The position numbers were made by a program, and so were the translations under genes. The notes beneath the pieces are model-generated. The model saw nothing but the letters and a program-made list of their open reading frames with translations, did no database searches and was not told the DNA's origin. Positions 38,953 to 49,143 of a stretch of DNA of 64,000 bases are shown piece after piece (positions within the stretch are counted from its first letter, which is position 1; each line of letters opens with the position of its first letter). Source of the stretch: an uncultured delta proteobacterium (GTDB lineage Bacteria > Myxococcota > Myxococcia > Myxococcales > Myxococcaceae); contig CAVQKE010000007.1 of assembly GCA_963713045.1 (NCBI GenBank), positions 224,001 through 288,000 of the forward strand, in the 5' to 3' direction.

Positions 38953-41607
38953 TTACCGGCGGAACCCTCCTCCGCCATGAAACCCACCCCAACCACCGCC
39001 GCCACCCCCACCGCCCCAGCCGCCGTGACTGTCGCCGCCACCCCAGCCACCGCCGCCCCAGCCGCCACTGTGATTGTCGCCGCCCCAGCCACCGCTGCTC
39101 GCACCTCCCCAGCCCCCTCCGCTGTGACTGTCGCTGCCCCAGCCGCCTCCGCTGTACGATGCGCTCGCGGACCTCTCATCGCCCTGCGCTCGCGCTTGCG
39201 AAGACTGCTGATAGCCGGAGTATGAGCTGGAGGACTTGTCGACGTTGCTCCAGCTGCCATTCGAATTCTGCTTCTGTGCCTGGCCCGTCTGGGAGTTGTA
39301 GCTGTAATTGTTGCCGTCGTGGTCCGCGTAGTAGTTGTCCCCGGACTCCGCGACGTGCGTTGTCTGGCCACCCGGACCCTCTGCAGTGGCGTGGCCATAG
39401 GTAGCGGATTGGCCGTAGGGCGTCGTCACCGTCGTCCGACTACCGCCGGCGGCTACGCCGGTGCTGGGGTTGTAGGTGGCGCCGCGCGTGTTGTAGGCGG
39501 AATTGCCGGTATAGGTGTTGTGCACTTGGGTGCTTTGGCCGGCCGACGTCCGCCCCGTTACCGAATTGTAGGAAGTGCCGGCCTTGCTGCTCCAGGCGTT
39601 GCCCGTCCAGGCATTGTAGCCAGTCGAGTTACGGCTGACGACTGAGGTTGCCCCGTATTGGTGGTAGATGTTACCGCTGGTGGCAGCCCAGCCGTGCGGA
39701 CCCCACGCGGCCGCCCCGCCGTACGCGCCGTAGGCCGCACCATGGTAGGCGTAGGGCATGGGTCCCCAGTAGGGCGCCGGCGCGTAGCAGGCATGCGCTA
39801 CACCCCAGCCAATCGCGAAGCCGACGGCGAACCCCGTCCACGGCGTATAGGTGATGTTCGCCGCGTACCCATATGTCACCGGAGGCGGGTACCACACGCT
39901 GGTGCCCACGTACGCGACGTAGCTGTACCCAGTGCCGTACACCACCACCCCTGATGGCTCCACCACCACCCCCATGTACCCCGGCGTGTAGCCAACGACG
40001 ACTGTCTCTGGCGTCGCCGCGTAAATATAGACGAACGTTGTGTAGAAAAGCGGCGCACTCGGCGGGATGGAATAGATGACGGGTGGCACCGTGCTCGCCA
40101 CCACCCACGGTCCATACAAGCCCGGCGCCGTGAACCAGACGCCCATCTGCACCGCATACCACTGATTCGATGCAACTTGGATGATGGCGTCGGGAGAGTT
40201 GAAGACATAGCTCAACGGCGTTCCCGGAATGGGGTTCAGCACCGGCGCGCCGTTCACTATGGGCTGAAACGTCACTTTGGAACGGTAGACGGTTGCCATC
40301 TGGGGAATGCCTGCGGAGATGGCCGCCTCCTGGGCCTCGAACGTCCCCGGAACGGAAGCCAGGACGTTTTCCTTTGGGCTGGTGATGGGGATGAGAGCAA
40401 AATCCGGCGGCAACTGCGTGGCGGGAATGTAGGACCATGGCCCGCCCAGTGTTGGCGCGGAGAACCACCGGCCGGTCACCAACACGTAGTATTGCTGATT
40501 CAGGAGGTCCTGAAAGACGTTGCCGTTGGTGTTCTGGACGTAGAGCAGCTGGGTGCCCTCGAGGGGGACCCAATTCATTGGCCCTTCGGTGATGACGATT
40601 TCGGTGGGCCGAGTGGCCACCACCACTCCCGGTGCGCCACTGGCCAGCGAGGGGCGCTGCCCAGTGGCGTCATTCACCGGGCCCTGCATCAGGTCCACGG
40701 TGTTTTGCGCGGCCAACGACTGGGCCGTTTGGTTGGCACCCGCAGGAACGGAAACGGCCACGCTCCATGGGCCGTTGAGCGACGGCGCAGTCATAAAGCC
40801 GTCGAGAACGTGGACATATACGTTGCCGGCGGGGTCGCTGAGCACCAGGGCGCGTGTATTGAGGACACGAGACAGGGACGTTCCAGAGACCGCTCGCCAG
40901 ACCGGGTCTCCGTGGATGAGCACCAGCACCACGGCGCTGGTGCTGAAGACGATTCGGGGAGGCTCGTTGAGAACCGGGACTTGGCGCGCCTTCCGCTGGG
41001 CGCCTTCGATGGCCACAGCTGCCTCCAGCCGTCCGAGCGACATCGTGGCCGGGCTTTGGGCAATCAGGCTCTGGATGGCCTGCTGGTAGGTCCCCGCCAT
41101 CTGCGGAACCGACGGGAAGGTGGCTCTCGTCACCAGCAGATTCTCGAAATGGACTGCCTGCGCCTGCTTGTCGACGATGGTCAAGGCCGAAATCTCGATG
41201 ACTCCCAAGATGGGGTCCTTCGAGTTGGGCGGCAGCACCGAGACGGCGGCGTGCGCCTGGTAGACATAGTCGTTCCAGCTGTCGAGCTGCGGCTGGTAGA
41301 GGGTGTATTTGGTGCCGTTTAACTCGGCGGACTTGGGCCATGGGTCGGGGGTCACCTGAGAAGCGGGAGGCGACGCTTGCTCGGGAGCGGGCCATGCTGC
41401 GGATGGCGCCTGCGCGACGCTGGTCGAAGCCACTCCGGGCGCCGGGGCCACCAGTGGCGCGGCGGGAGGGGGCGGAGGTGGCGGATTCACCGCCCATTCG
41501 GCCGCCTGGCTTTGCTGCGGAGCCTGCGAGGCCTGCTGCGAGGAAGCGCACGCCAAGTCCAGGGCGAATGCCACAACGACCTTCCGCGTCAAGCTAGAAA
41601 CACTCAT
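38953..41607 (-). CDS. large secreted hypothetical protein with Tyr/Gly-rich and GGGWGG low-complexity tail
   Basis: 884-aa ORF; repeated GRWF..L.GPW modules; C-terminal GGGWGG repeats. Confidence 0.8.
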   Translation of the reverse strand: MSVSSLTRKVVVAFALDLACASSQQASQAPQQSQAAEWAVNPPPPPPPAAPLVAPAPGVASTSVAQAPSAAWPAPEQASPPASQVTPDPWPKSAELNGTKYTLYQPQLDSWNDYVYQAHAAVSVLPPNSKDPILGVIEISALTIVDKQAQAVHFENLLVTRATFPSVPQMAGTYQQAIQSLIAQSPATMSLGRLEAAVAIEGAQRKARQVPVLNEPPRIVFSTSAVVLVLIHGDPVWRAVSGTSLSRVLNTRALVLSDPAGNVYVHVLDGFMTAPSLNGPWSVAVSVPAGANQTAQSLAAQNTVDLMQGPVNDATGQRPSLASGAPGVVVATRPTEIVITEGPMNWVPLEGTQLLYVQNTNGNVFQDLLNQQYYVLVTGRWFSAPTLGGPWSYIPATQLPPDFALIPITSPKENVLASVPGTFEAQEAAISAGIPQMATVYRSKVTFQPIVNGAPVLNPIPGTPLSYVFNSPDAIIQVASNQWYAVQMGVWFTAPGLYGPWVVASTVPPVIYSIPPSAPLFYTTFVYIYAATPETVVVGYTPGYMGVVVEPSGVVVYGTGYSYVAYVGTSVWYPPPVTYGYAANITYTPWTGFAVGFAIGWGVAHACYAPAPYWGPMPYAYHGAAYGAYGGAAAWGPHGWAATSGNIYHQYGATSVVSRNSTGYNAWTGNAWSSKAGTSYNSVTGRTSAGQSTQVHNTYTGNSAYNTRGATYNPSTGVAAGGSRTTVTTPYGQSATYGHATAEGPGGQTTHVAESGDNYYADHDGNNYSYNSQTGQAQKQNSNGSWSNVDKSSSSYSGYQQSSQARAQGDERSASASYSGGGWGSDSHSGGGWGGASSGGWGGDNHSGGWGGGGWGGGDSHGGWGGGGGGGGWGGFHGGGGFRR

Positions 41608-41869
41608 GAGAGACGGACCTCCCGGCCCGGATTTGCGAGCGAGTCACTAGCTCGGGGACTCTGCTGCCCTCTTTTAAGACCGCGACGCACCGACGCGTCC
41701 AGCAGAAAAACTCTGGACTGTCCGGCGGAACACGCGCACGCGTTGCACAGAGAGACGGCGATCGCGATAAGGTCTGGCTCGGGGGCGATTGGCGTAAATG
41801 ACTTCCAGAGGCGCCTCCTGATGGGAAATTAGGGAGATTGCGCCCGTCGCGGCGCAACGCGTCCGCACG

Positions 41870-42451
41870 ACGCGGTCAAGCTCGCAGATCCAGTTCACCT
41901 CCCAGGTCTTGCCCCGTCGGGCGAGAACGGCTGCTCCATCCGGCGAAATGTTCAGTCACACATAGCGAACCAGAATCGCTCGCCCTTCAAAACTCTCCTG
42001 GTCAAAGAATTCTCCCCGATTCCCCTGAACTGCCCGACAACGGGTGGAAGGCTAAGCATCCCTTTGTCAACATCGAGCAAATAAATGCTCCACTGGTGCG
42101 ATTCTGGATTGTAGAGCCTTAACGTCTGCGCCTTGATGTGCAGGTGCTTCTCGGGGTTGTCGACTTCGAACTCCTCGAAGTTGGCATTACTATCGAGAAT
42201 CTTCTTGTGGTTTGATATCCAGTCATACTCGACCCATGTGTTCGAGCCATTGAGTCGATCAGGGAGCCGCCGAACGTGCGCCTTCCAGTTTCCAATCAGG
42301 AAGTCGAAGTTGTGCGCCCCGTCAACTTCCGCTTTCACCTGAGGCATTGGTGCTCGAGGCTTTGCGGGACTTGGCTTTGAGCAATTCCAAAAGAGAAGAA
42401 GCCTGTAACCAGCACCGTCCACCAAAGCCCACGCGTACAATTTAGTTCCAT
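41870..42451 (-). pseudogene. DUF1579-like protein, degraded
   Basis: HNFDFLIGNWK and LRLYNPESHQWSIY, then frameshifts and an in-frame TGA before ..KTWEVNW. Confidence 0.7.
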
Positions 42452-42539
42452 GAATTCTTCTTAGGATCTCAGCCCGTAACAGTCAGGGCGCGAGAGATCC
42501 GAAGGCTATCTCGTGAGTGCCCACGGGAAAGGCACCTCC

Positions 42540-43505
42540 TCACCGCGAACTCATTGCGCTTGACCCTTGCGTTCGTGGGGCGGAGGCCCGCTCCTTCACC
42601 CGCAGAACCAACACGGTTCCGGCCAGCACCAAGGCCATGCCTGCGAGCGCTGTCCCGGTCCAGCGGTAGCCCTCGAAAGCAGTCGAGGCCAGCATGGCCA
42701 CCACCGGGATCACCGCAGCGGTGTAGCCCGAGCGCCCGGCGCCGATGCGCCGCAGCAGCGTCAGGTAGGAGACGAAGGCCGCCACCGACCCGAGGGCCGT
42801 CAGGTAGAGGAGCGAGAGCACGTAAGGCGGGCGGAGGTCGAAGGCAAGCGGAACGCCCCGCACCGCGCACCAACCGAGGAGGAGGAGCGCGGCATAGCCC
42901 ATGGCCCAGGCCGTCCCAGGCACAACGGCCACCCCGCGAGCGAAGAGGCGCTGGGACTGGAGGTTCCCGGCCGATGCCACAAGGGTGGCGATGCAGGCGA
43001 GCGCCATCCCGATGCCCTTGCCCTGTCCACCCCGCAGGCTCGCCAGCTCGGGCCAGAAGAGGAGTCCGACGCCTGTCACACCAATGATCGCCCCCAGGAG
43101 CACGGCCAATGACACGCGGGTGCCGAAGAGAAGGCGCGCGCCGAGGAGATTCCAGAAGACGATGAAGGCGAAGAGCACCGCTACCAGGCCAGAGGTGAGG
43201 CGCTGCTCGCTCCGGTAGACCAGCACATAGTTGACGCCGAAGAGCAGCGCCCCCAGGAGCGCCAGTCCGGCGTGCTCTCGGGGCGCGAAGCGGAGCGAGA
43301 CGCTCCGCAGCAGGCACCAGCCCAGCAACAGGAGCGAGGCTAGCGCGAAGCGCCAGGCCACAGAGACCTCTGGCTGCACTACGCCAAGCTGGAACTTGAT
43401 GACCAGCCAAGTCGTTCCCCAAATAACACTGGGGAGGAGGAAGAGGAACAGGGTGGAGGCGGCGGAGGCATCCGGAGTCGCCGGAGTATCAAGAGCGCGT
43501 TCCAT
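42540..43505 (-). CDS. EamA/DMT family transporter
   Basis: IWGTTWLVIK, WRFALAS, GSVAAFVSY; about 10 TMs. Confidence 0.9.
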   Translation of the reverse strand: MERALDTPATPDASAASTLFLFLLPSVIWGTTWLVIKFQLGVVQPEVSVAWRFALASLLLLGWCLLRSVSLRFAPREHAGLALLGALLFGVNYVLVYRSEQRLTSGLVAVLFAFIVFWNLLGARLLFGTRVSLAVLLGAIIGVTGVGLLFWPELASLRGGQGKGIGMALACIATLVASAGNLQSQRLFARGVAVVPGTAWAMGYAALLLLGWCAVRGVPLAFDLRPPYVLSLLYLTALGSVAAFVSYLTLLRRIGAGRSGYTAAVIPVVAMLASTAFEGYRWTGTALAGMALVLAGTVLVLRVKERASAPRTQGSSAMSSR

Positions 43506-43696
43506 AGAAGGGCGCGGGGAGCATAAGCCCGGGCGCGGCCGAATCAGCCATCCGACGCCAACGTGGCCGCAACGGTAGCGCGACTCGAGATGCGTACTCT
43601 GCAGTGCCGAGGGCCTTGCTTCTTGGCTGCCGTCGGCTGGCGCGACTCGAACGGGGCGCGCAATTGCGACTGCAGTCGGACGTGCGTGCGACTGCA

Positions 43697-44185
43697 ATGC
43701 CGGCGGTCGTAACCCATCGCTACCACCCGCGTCTCGGACCCTGCCGAAACCTCTGCCAAATGGGGGACCTCGAGGCAGAAGAACTTCTCCGCCGGCTCCG
43801 CGGGGAGTTTGGCCGTTCACTCAAGGCGGGCTACTTGACTCGACGTCGGGCGACAGAAGCGTGGCTGCATAGAACTGCAGAAGGCGTCCTTCGGCGGCGA
43901 CTACAGCCGTGGCCCGTCTACTTCTTTCTCGGCGACTTCTCCCATGGTCTCGACCCCTCTCGGCCGGCCGTGCTTCAGGTTCCGCTTGACCGTCTTGCCG
44001 CCGAGCGGCTGACGCTCACTCTGGGCGACAGCATGACGGTTGCGGCGCAGCCTCGCGCTCATCTCTACGGGCTCGAGCAAGTGGCCAGCTTGTTCGCACA
44101 GGGTTTGGTGGCAGGGTTCGGGTCATCTGACCAATCCCGGTTTCAAGAGTCCTTCATTGAGGTTCAAGTCTGGCGCGGCCACTAG
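43697..44185 (+). CDS. hypothetical protein
   Basis: Plausible coding ORF (YLTRRRATEAWL, PVYFFLG, LTLGDSM, FIEVQVW). Confidence 0.6.
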   Translation: MPAVVTHRYHPRLGPCRNLCQMGDLEAEELLRRLRGEFGRSLKAGYLTRRRATEAWLHRTAEGVLRRRLQPWPVYFFLGDFSHGLDPSRPAVLQVPLDRLAAERLTLTLGDSMTVAAQPRAHLYGLEQVASLFAQGLVAGFGSSDQSRFQESFIEVQVWRGH

Positions 44186-44439
44186 ACCGAGGCGAAGAAG
44201 CGCACGGACAGGGCAGTGGCTTTCTGGACCCGTATCTCGGACTCGGGCTCCGCGAGCACCACACTCCTCGAGTTCGTGCTCACCTCGAGTTTGGCTTTGA
44301 CGAATGGCGGTACGTGCCATCAAAATTTCCGACCAGCCCCCCCGGGGCGATAGGGTTTCATTATCGTACGATGGACTATCGATATTGGACTCTTACCGTG
44401 GGGAGCGCGCAGGTTGCGGGCAACCTTGGAGGAGTCAGC

Positions 44440-44994
44440 ATGATGCGAACGTCAGTTTCTGGAAGGGGTGCGCGCCGGCTCAAGCGTGTTCTCTGTCTCG
44501 TCGCCATCGCGGGCGCCTCGTGGTTGAGCGCCGCGTTCGCCGCAGATGCGTCAGCACCCTGTTCAACCAACATCGAAGCGCGCCAGCTGGACTACTGGTT
44601 GGGCGATTGGACAGTGACCTATCCCGGCGCCTCCGGAAATGGCACCAGCAGGGTCTACCTCTCCCTCGAGCAATGCCTCCTCGTTGAGAGCTGGGACAGC
44701 GGAACGGGCTTCAGCGGCGAAAACATCTTCGCCTACAACCCAGAGGACAAGCTCTGGCACGGGCTCTATGCCGACAATCACGCTCACGTGCATGTCTTTG
44801 AAGGAAGGGTCAAGCCGGGCTCGGCCGAGTTCGATGGACGAAGCCACGACCCGAAGGGAGCAGTTGTACTCAACAGGCTCACGGTGGTGCGCCTGACTCC
44901 GAACAAGGTCGAGCAGACGTGGGAGAAGTCAGAAGACAACGGAGCGACCTGGAAGGTGGAGTTCCGCGGAGACTATTCGCGCAAGAGCCCCTGA
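44440..44994 (+). CDS. secreted DUF1579-like protein
   Basis: GGAGG RBS; signal peptide; RQLDYWLGDWTV, WEKSEDNGATW. Confidence 0.75.
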   Translation: MMRTSVSGRGARRLKRVLCLVAIAGASWLSAAFAADASAPCSTNIEARQLDYWLGDWTVTYPGASGNGTSRVYLSLEQCLLVESWDSGTGFSGENIFAYNPEDKLWHGLYADNHAHVHVFEGRVKPGSAEFDGRSHDPKGAVVLNRLTVVRLTPNKVEQTWEKSEDNGATWKVEFRGDYSRKSP

Positions 44995-45007
44995 ATTCAG
45001 GTCACGC

Positions 45008-46633
45008 ATGCTCCATTTAGCCGCCCTGCTTCTGTGTCCGCTCGTCCTCCTCCTCGCCGGTGCAAGCGAGGAGAATGCGCCGCCCAAGGCCTCGCCACCT
45101 CCGATGGTGAGGCTTGAGGTCGGTGTCCTCGAGGGCACCCGCCTCGGCGCGAGTGAGGGGACGACGGCCTTTCTCGGCGTGCCGTACGCGGCTCCTCCCG
45201 TCGGTGGACTACGATGGAAACCGCCACAGCCCGTGACTCCGTGGGTGGGTACGCGCAGAGCAACATCGTTCGCTGCGTCCTGTCCGCAGCTGCCGCAAGG
45301 CTGGCTTCCAGACCTCCCGTGGAGCGAAGACTGCCTGTACCTGAATGTTTGGACGCCGGAACTGTCCCCGAATGCGGCCCTGCCCGTCATCGTCTGGTTT
45401 CACGGCGGCGGAAACAAGGCTGGTCGAGCTGAGCAGACAGTGCTCGGACCCGCCATGTCTCGACTCGGAGTCGTCGTCGTAAGCTTCAATTACCGACTGG
45501 GTCCCTTCGGCTTTCTTGTCCATCCAGCGCTCAGGGCAGAGTCGGAACACCACGCTTCAGGGAACTACGGACTTCTCGACCAACTGCAGGCTCTCGAATG
45601 GACGCGACGCAACATTTCCCGTTTTGGAGGCGATCCCAACCGAATCACCGTGGTGGGCCACTCTGCAGGCGCGTTCGACATCTGTCTGCTCATGGCATCG
45701 CCGCTCGCGACGGGAATGTTTCAGCGGGCCATCCTTGAGAGCGGGGAATGTCAGAGTGCCTTCATTCGGGATGGTCGAGCGGCTCTTCCATACAACGCAC
45801 TGCAGGAAAGCGGTGAAGTCCAGGGACAGCGGCTGGCAGGTGAACTGCATGTTCCAAACCGGCCGGACGCGTTGGAAAGGCTCCGGAGCCTGCCGGCGGA
45901 CGAAATCCTCAGGGTATGGGGCAGGGACCCCACGGTTCGCCTCGACCCCGTCGTAGACGGCTGGATTATCTCGGAGCAGCCGGCCCGAGTCTTCGCCGAG
46001 GGCAGACAAGCACACATCCCCATTGTCGTGGGTAGCACAACAGATGAAGCGACGGTGTTTGGTCACCAGGGACCGACGACCGTCAACCAATACCGGGAGT
46101 ACCTCGCCGCCAATGCCGGAAAATATTCTGTCCAGCAGTTTCAAGCGTACCGAGCGACAGGCGACGCCGACGTCGCCGGCCAGTACTTGCGGCTTCAAAA
46201 CGACCTCTTCGCCTTTGGCGCTTACTCCTTGGCCCAGGCGATGACCCGCGCTGGACAGACGGCATACGTCTATCTGTTCTCATTCGTCGACACTGGTAAG
46301 CGCGCGCACCTCGGCGCATTCCACGGCGAGGAGCTCATGTTTCTGAGTGATTTATTCCCGGATGATTGGAAGCGTGGCCCTGACGAGGCCAGACTTGGCG
46401 AGCTCATGCGCGCTTACTGGACACAGTTCGCAAAGACCGGCGACCCCAATGCTGCCGACCTCCCCCACTGGCCCGCTTACGACGCAACGCTGGAGCAAGT
46501 CATCGAGCTGGGACGGACTGTCAGCGTGGGTCCTGCCCCGCATGCCGCGCAACTCCGCGTCCTCGAAGAAGTCATGAATCAAATTCTGGCCGAAACTGCA
46601 CCCAGAGCACTCTCGGCGCACCAACGGCATTGA
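45008..46633 (+). CDS. carboxylesterase type B
   Basis: FLGVPYAAPP, SEDCLYLNVW, HGGG oxyanion hole, GHSAG nucleophile, AFHGEEL. Confidence 0.95.
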   Translation: MLHLAALLLCPLVLLLAGASEENAPPKASPPPMVRLEVGVLEGTRLGASEGTTAFLGVPYAAPPVGGLRWKPPQPVTPWVGTRRATSFAASCPQLPQGWLPDLPWSEDCLYLNVWTPELSPNAALPVIVWFHGGGNKAGRAEQTVLGPAMSRLGVVVVSFNYRLGPFGFLVHPALRAESEHHASGNYGLLDQLQALEWTRRNISRFGGDPNRITVVGHSAGAFDICLLMASPLATGMFQRAILESGECQSAFIRDGRAALPYNALQESGEVQGQRLAGELHVPNRPDALERLRSLPADEILRVWGRDPTVRLDPVVDGWIISEQPARVFAEGRQAHIPIVVGSTTDEATVFGHQGPTTVNQYREYLAANAGKYSVQQFQAYRATGDADVAGQYLRLQNDLFAFGAYSLAQAMTRAGQTAYVYLFSFVDTGKRAHLGAFHGEELMFLSDLFPDDWKRGPDEARLGELMRAYWTQFAKTGDPNAADLPHWPAYDATLEQVIELGRTVSVGPAPHAAQLRVLEEVMNQILAETAPRALSAHQRH

Positions 46634-46645
46634 AAGGAGTTGCTT

Positions 46646-47572
46646 TCAACTCGTGGGTTGAGACCTGAGCTCGTTCGCCAGCAGTTTGCGGACAGCGGCG
46701 ACAGCTCCAGTCTCGTAACGCGCGGTGTTGCGCGCCAGAGTGACGATGCGTTCGAGTCGCGGTGTATTGATGGCCAGCATCTTCAGTGGCGGGCTCGGCA
46801 CGTCGAGGGCGCTGCGAGGCACAAGAGCGACGCCGAGACCGGCCGAGACGAAGGCCCTTACCGTCCCCACGTTCGCTGTGGTGAAGCCGATGTGCGGAAC
46901 AAAGCCGCTTCGCTTGGCTGCCAGGGCAATCATTTTCCGGACGGTCGCCCCTGGTCGAAAGGCAACGAGCGTCTCGTCGCGGAGATCCTCGAGGCCAATA
47001 CTGCCGTGACTTGCGAGGCGATGGCCCGGACTGACGATCGCCACCAAGGGCTCGCTACAGAGTTTCGCTAGCGACAAGTCTTGGCTGGCTGCGCGCATCC
47101 CCACCACAGTCCCTCCCACCCTGCCCAGGTGGACCAAGCCGAGGTCCACCTCGCCACGCCGGAGGAGTTCGAACACCTGCCGGGTGTGGACCTCGCGGAA
47201 GGTGATGCGTACTCCTGGCTGGCGTGCGTGGAACGACGCCAGCAGTGACGGCAGGCGACCTTCGAGGAGGGTCTGTAAAGCGCAGCCGATTCGGACCGTC
47301 CCGGTGCGCAGCCCGGCATGGGCCGCCATCTCGTGGACCGCGTCCTGCACCTCCAACAAGATGCGTTCGGCGCGCGTCAACAGGCTGGCGCCGGCCTCTG
47401 TCAACCCGGACATCCGGTTGCTGCGCTCGATCAGCACGACACCCAGCTCACGCTCCAGCGCCTGAATCTGTTGCGACAGTGCAGGCTGCGCCACACGTAA
47501 CCGTCGGGCCGCTCGGGTGAAGCTCTGCTCATGGGCGACTGCGACGAAGGACCGGAGGTGGCGGATGTCCAC
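46646..47572 (-). CDS. LysR family transcriptional regulator
   Basis: N-terminal HTH SFTRAARRLRVAQPALSQQIQALE; substrate-binding domain. Confidence 0.93.
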   Translation of the reverse strand: MDIRHLRSFVAVAHEQSFTRAARRLRVAQPALSQQIQALERELGVVLIERSNRMSGLTEAGASLLTRAERILLEVQDAVHEMAAHAGLRTGTVRIGCALQTLLEGRLPSLLASFHARQPGVRITFREVHTRQVFELLRRGEVDLGLVHLGRVGGTVVGMRAASQDLSLAKLCSEPLVAIVSPGHRLASHGSIGLEDLRDETLVAFRPGATVRKMIALAAKRSGFVPHIGFTTANVGTVRAFVSAGLGVALVPRSALDVPSPPLKMLAINTPRLERIVTLARNTARYETGAVAAVRKLLANELRSQPTS

Positions 47573-47760
47573 GATAAGGATCTCCTATCGCGATGAGAGG
47601 TTCCCATATCAGGTTTTACCATGCGGTAGGGCCATCAGAGCCGACTGGTCGATGAGCCCGGCGGAAACATTTTCCAGGGAGCTCCGGCTGGCGGCCTGGA
47701 CCGCGTGAATTCTGCACCGTCGAGTCAAGCGTCAAGGGCTGTAGCGCTCACGTCCGGTCG

Positions 47761-47802
47761 GCTGTTGCAACGAAGCAACAGCTGTTGCGGCTGCGCAACA
47801 GC
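47761..47802. promoter_or_regulatory. tandem palindromic operator-like site
   Basis: GCTGTTGC-N6-GCAACAGC at 47761-47782 and again at 47781-47802. Confidence 0.5.
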
Positions 47803-48048
47803 TCAAGACTGGCAACCTCCCGCCACCTCAGGCGTCAGCGTCGATCCAGCGCTGGCACTCGAAATGCTGGTGCGCTGACCGGCCCGAGGGGGGCGGGCCG
47901 GCCCGCGCTAGGACACGGAACGACACAAGGCATCGACCCAAAGCAGCGAGGACCTCGACCTCGATGGAGTCAGAGACGCTCCGTCGGTCGAGGGTTTTTC
48001 GCAATACCACTTTTCACGCTGACCCGACTGAAGAGGAGGGAACAACCG

Positions 48049-49143
48049 ATGAAGCCCAGTTTCATCCTGAGTCAACTCATTCTTGTTTCTACATTTGTGG
48101 CTTCCGCACCAGCGTTGGCGGGCGAGCATCAAATCATCACTTTCGACGTTCCCGGATCCTATCAAGACCCCGGCGGCGGCACGCTGGCCTCGGTCATCAA
48201 CGACTTCGGTGAAATCGCTGGTCTGTACGTCGGCGCAACCGACCTGCAGGTTCACGGCTTCTTGCGACGCACGGATGGTACCTTTGTGACCTTTGACCCG
48301 CCCGGTTCCATTTATACAAACCCCTATGGGCTCAATCTCGAAGGTGCCATCACCGGGGTTTATTATGATGCAACGGGCTTCGAGCATGGGTTCTTGCGCA
48401 GCCCAACTGGCAAATTCACGACCTTTGATCCGAGCCCCAGCCAGGGAACGGAAGCTCTCAACATCAACGATTTCGGCGAGATCGCCGGCGACTACTTCGA
48501 CGCCAATGGGATAACGCATGGCTTCCTGCGAAGCCCAACGGGGACCATCGTCCTCTGGGACGTTCCCGGCGCTGACCAGGGCACCCGTCCGGCTGTCTCG
48601 AGTGCTCTGACCAATGAGGGGACCATCGCCGGGGACTTTCGCGTCACGGATTCGAACGTCAATCCGCCCTATGACAGTCATGGTTTTTTGCGCCATCCGG
48701 ACGGCACCTTCACCACGTTCGACGTTCCGGGCTCGGGTGACACCTACATGTCGAGCGTCAACGACCAGAATGTCACCACCGGTTTTTGGGTCGTCGCCCA
48801 CGGCCAGGTCGAGCACGCCTTTGTGCGCGGACGGGACGGCAGGATTACCACCTTCGACGCCCCAGGCGCTGGAGCGGGGACCGGTGCCAATCAGCAGGGC
48901 ACCCTACCCTCTAACATCAATGCCTTGGGCGCTATCGCGGGTTATTTCCTCGACAACGAATCCGTCTCTCATGGCTTCGTCCGGGGTTGTGATGGCACCC
49001 TCACAGAGTTTGACGCGCCTGGGGCAGGCACCGCTCCCTTCCAGGGCCAAGGAACCTCGGCCTTTAGCAACAACTTCGCCGGTGCAATTACTGGGGCCTT
49101 GGTCGACGCGAATGGCGTGTCACATGGCTTTCTAAGGGAATAG
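48049..49143 (+). CDS. secreted beta-propeller-like repeat protein (HAF-repeat-like)
   Basis: Signal peptide and about seven repeats of IN..G.I.G...HGFLR...G.FTTFD.PG; GAGGAGG RBS. Confidence 0.85.
   Translation: MKPSFILSQLILVSTFVASAPALAGEHQIITFDVPGSYQDPGGGTLASVINDFGEIAGLYVGATDLQVHGFLRRTDGTFVTFDPPGSIYTNPYGLNLEGAITGVYYDATGFEHGFLRSPTGKFTTFDPSPSQGTEALNINDFGEIAGDYFDANGITHGFLRSPTGTIVLWDVPGADQGTRPAVSSALTNEGTIAGDFRVTDSNVNPPYDSHGFLRHPDGTFTTFDVPGSGDTYMSSVNDQNVTTGFWVVAHGQVEHAFVRGRDGRITTFDAPGAGAGTGANQQGTLPSNINALGAIAGYFLDNESVSHGFVRGCDGTLTEFDAPGAGTAPFQGQGTSAFSNNFAGAITGALVDANGVSHGFLRE

Noticed and set aside
38946..39200. CCGCCACCCCAGCC-like tandem DNA repeats
   Set aside because: Explained by the GGGWGG coding repeats of the 884-aa ORF.
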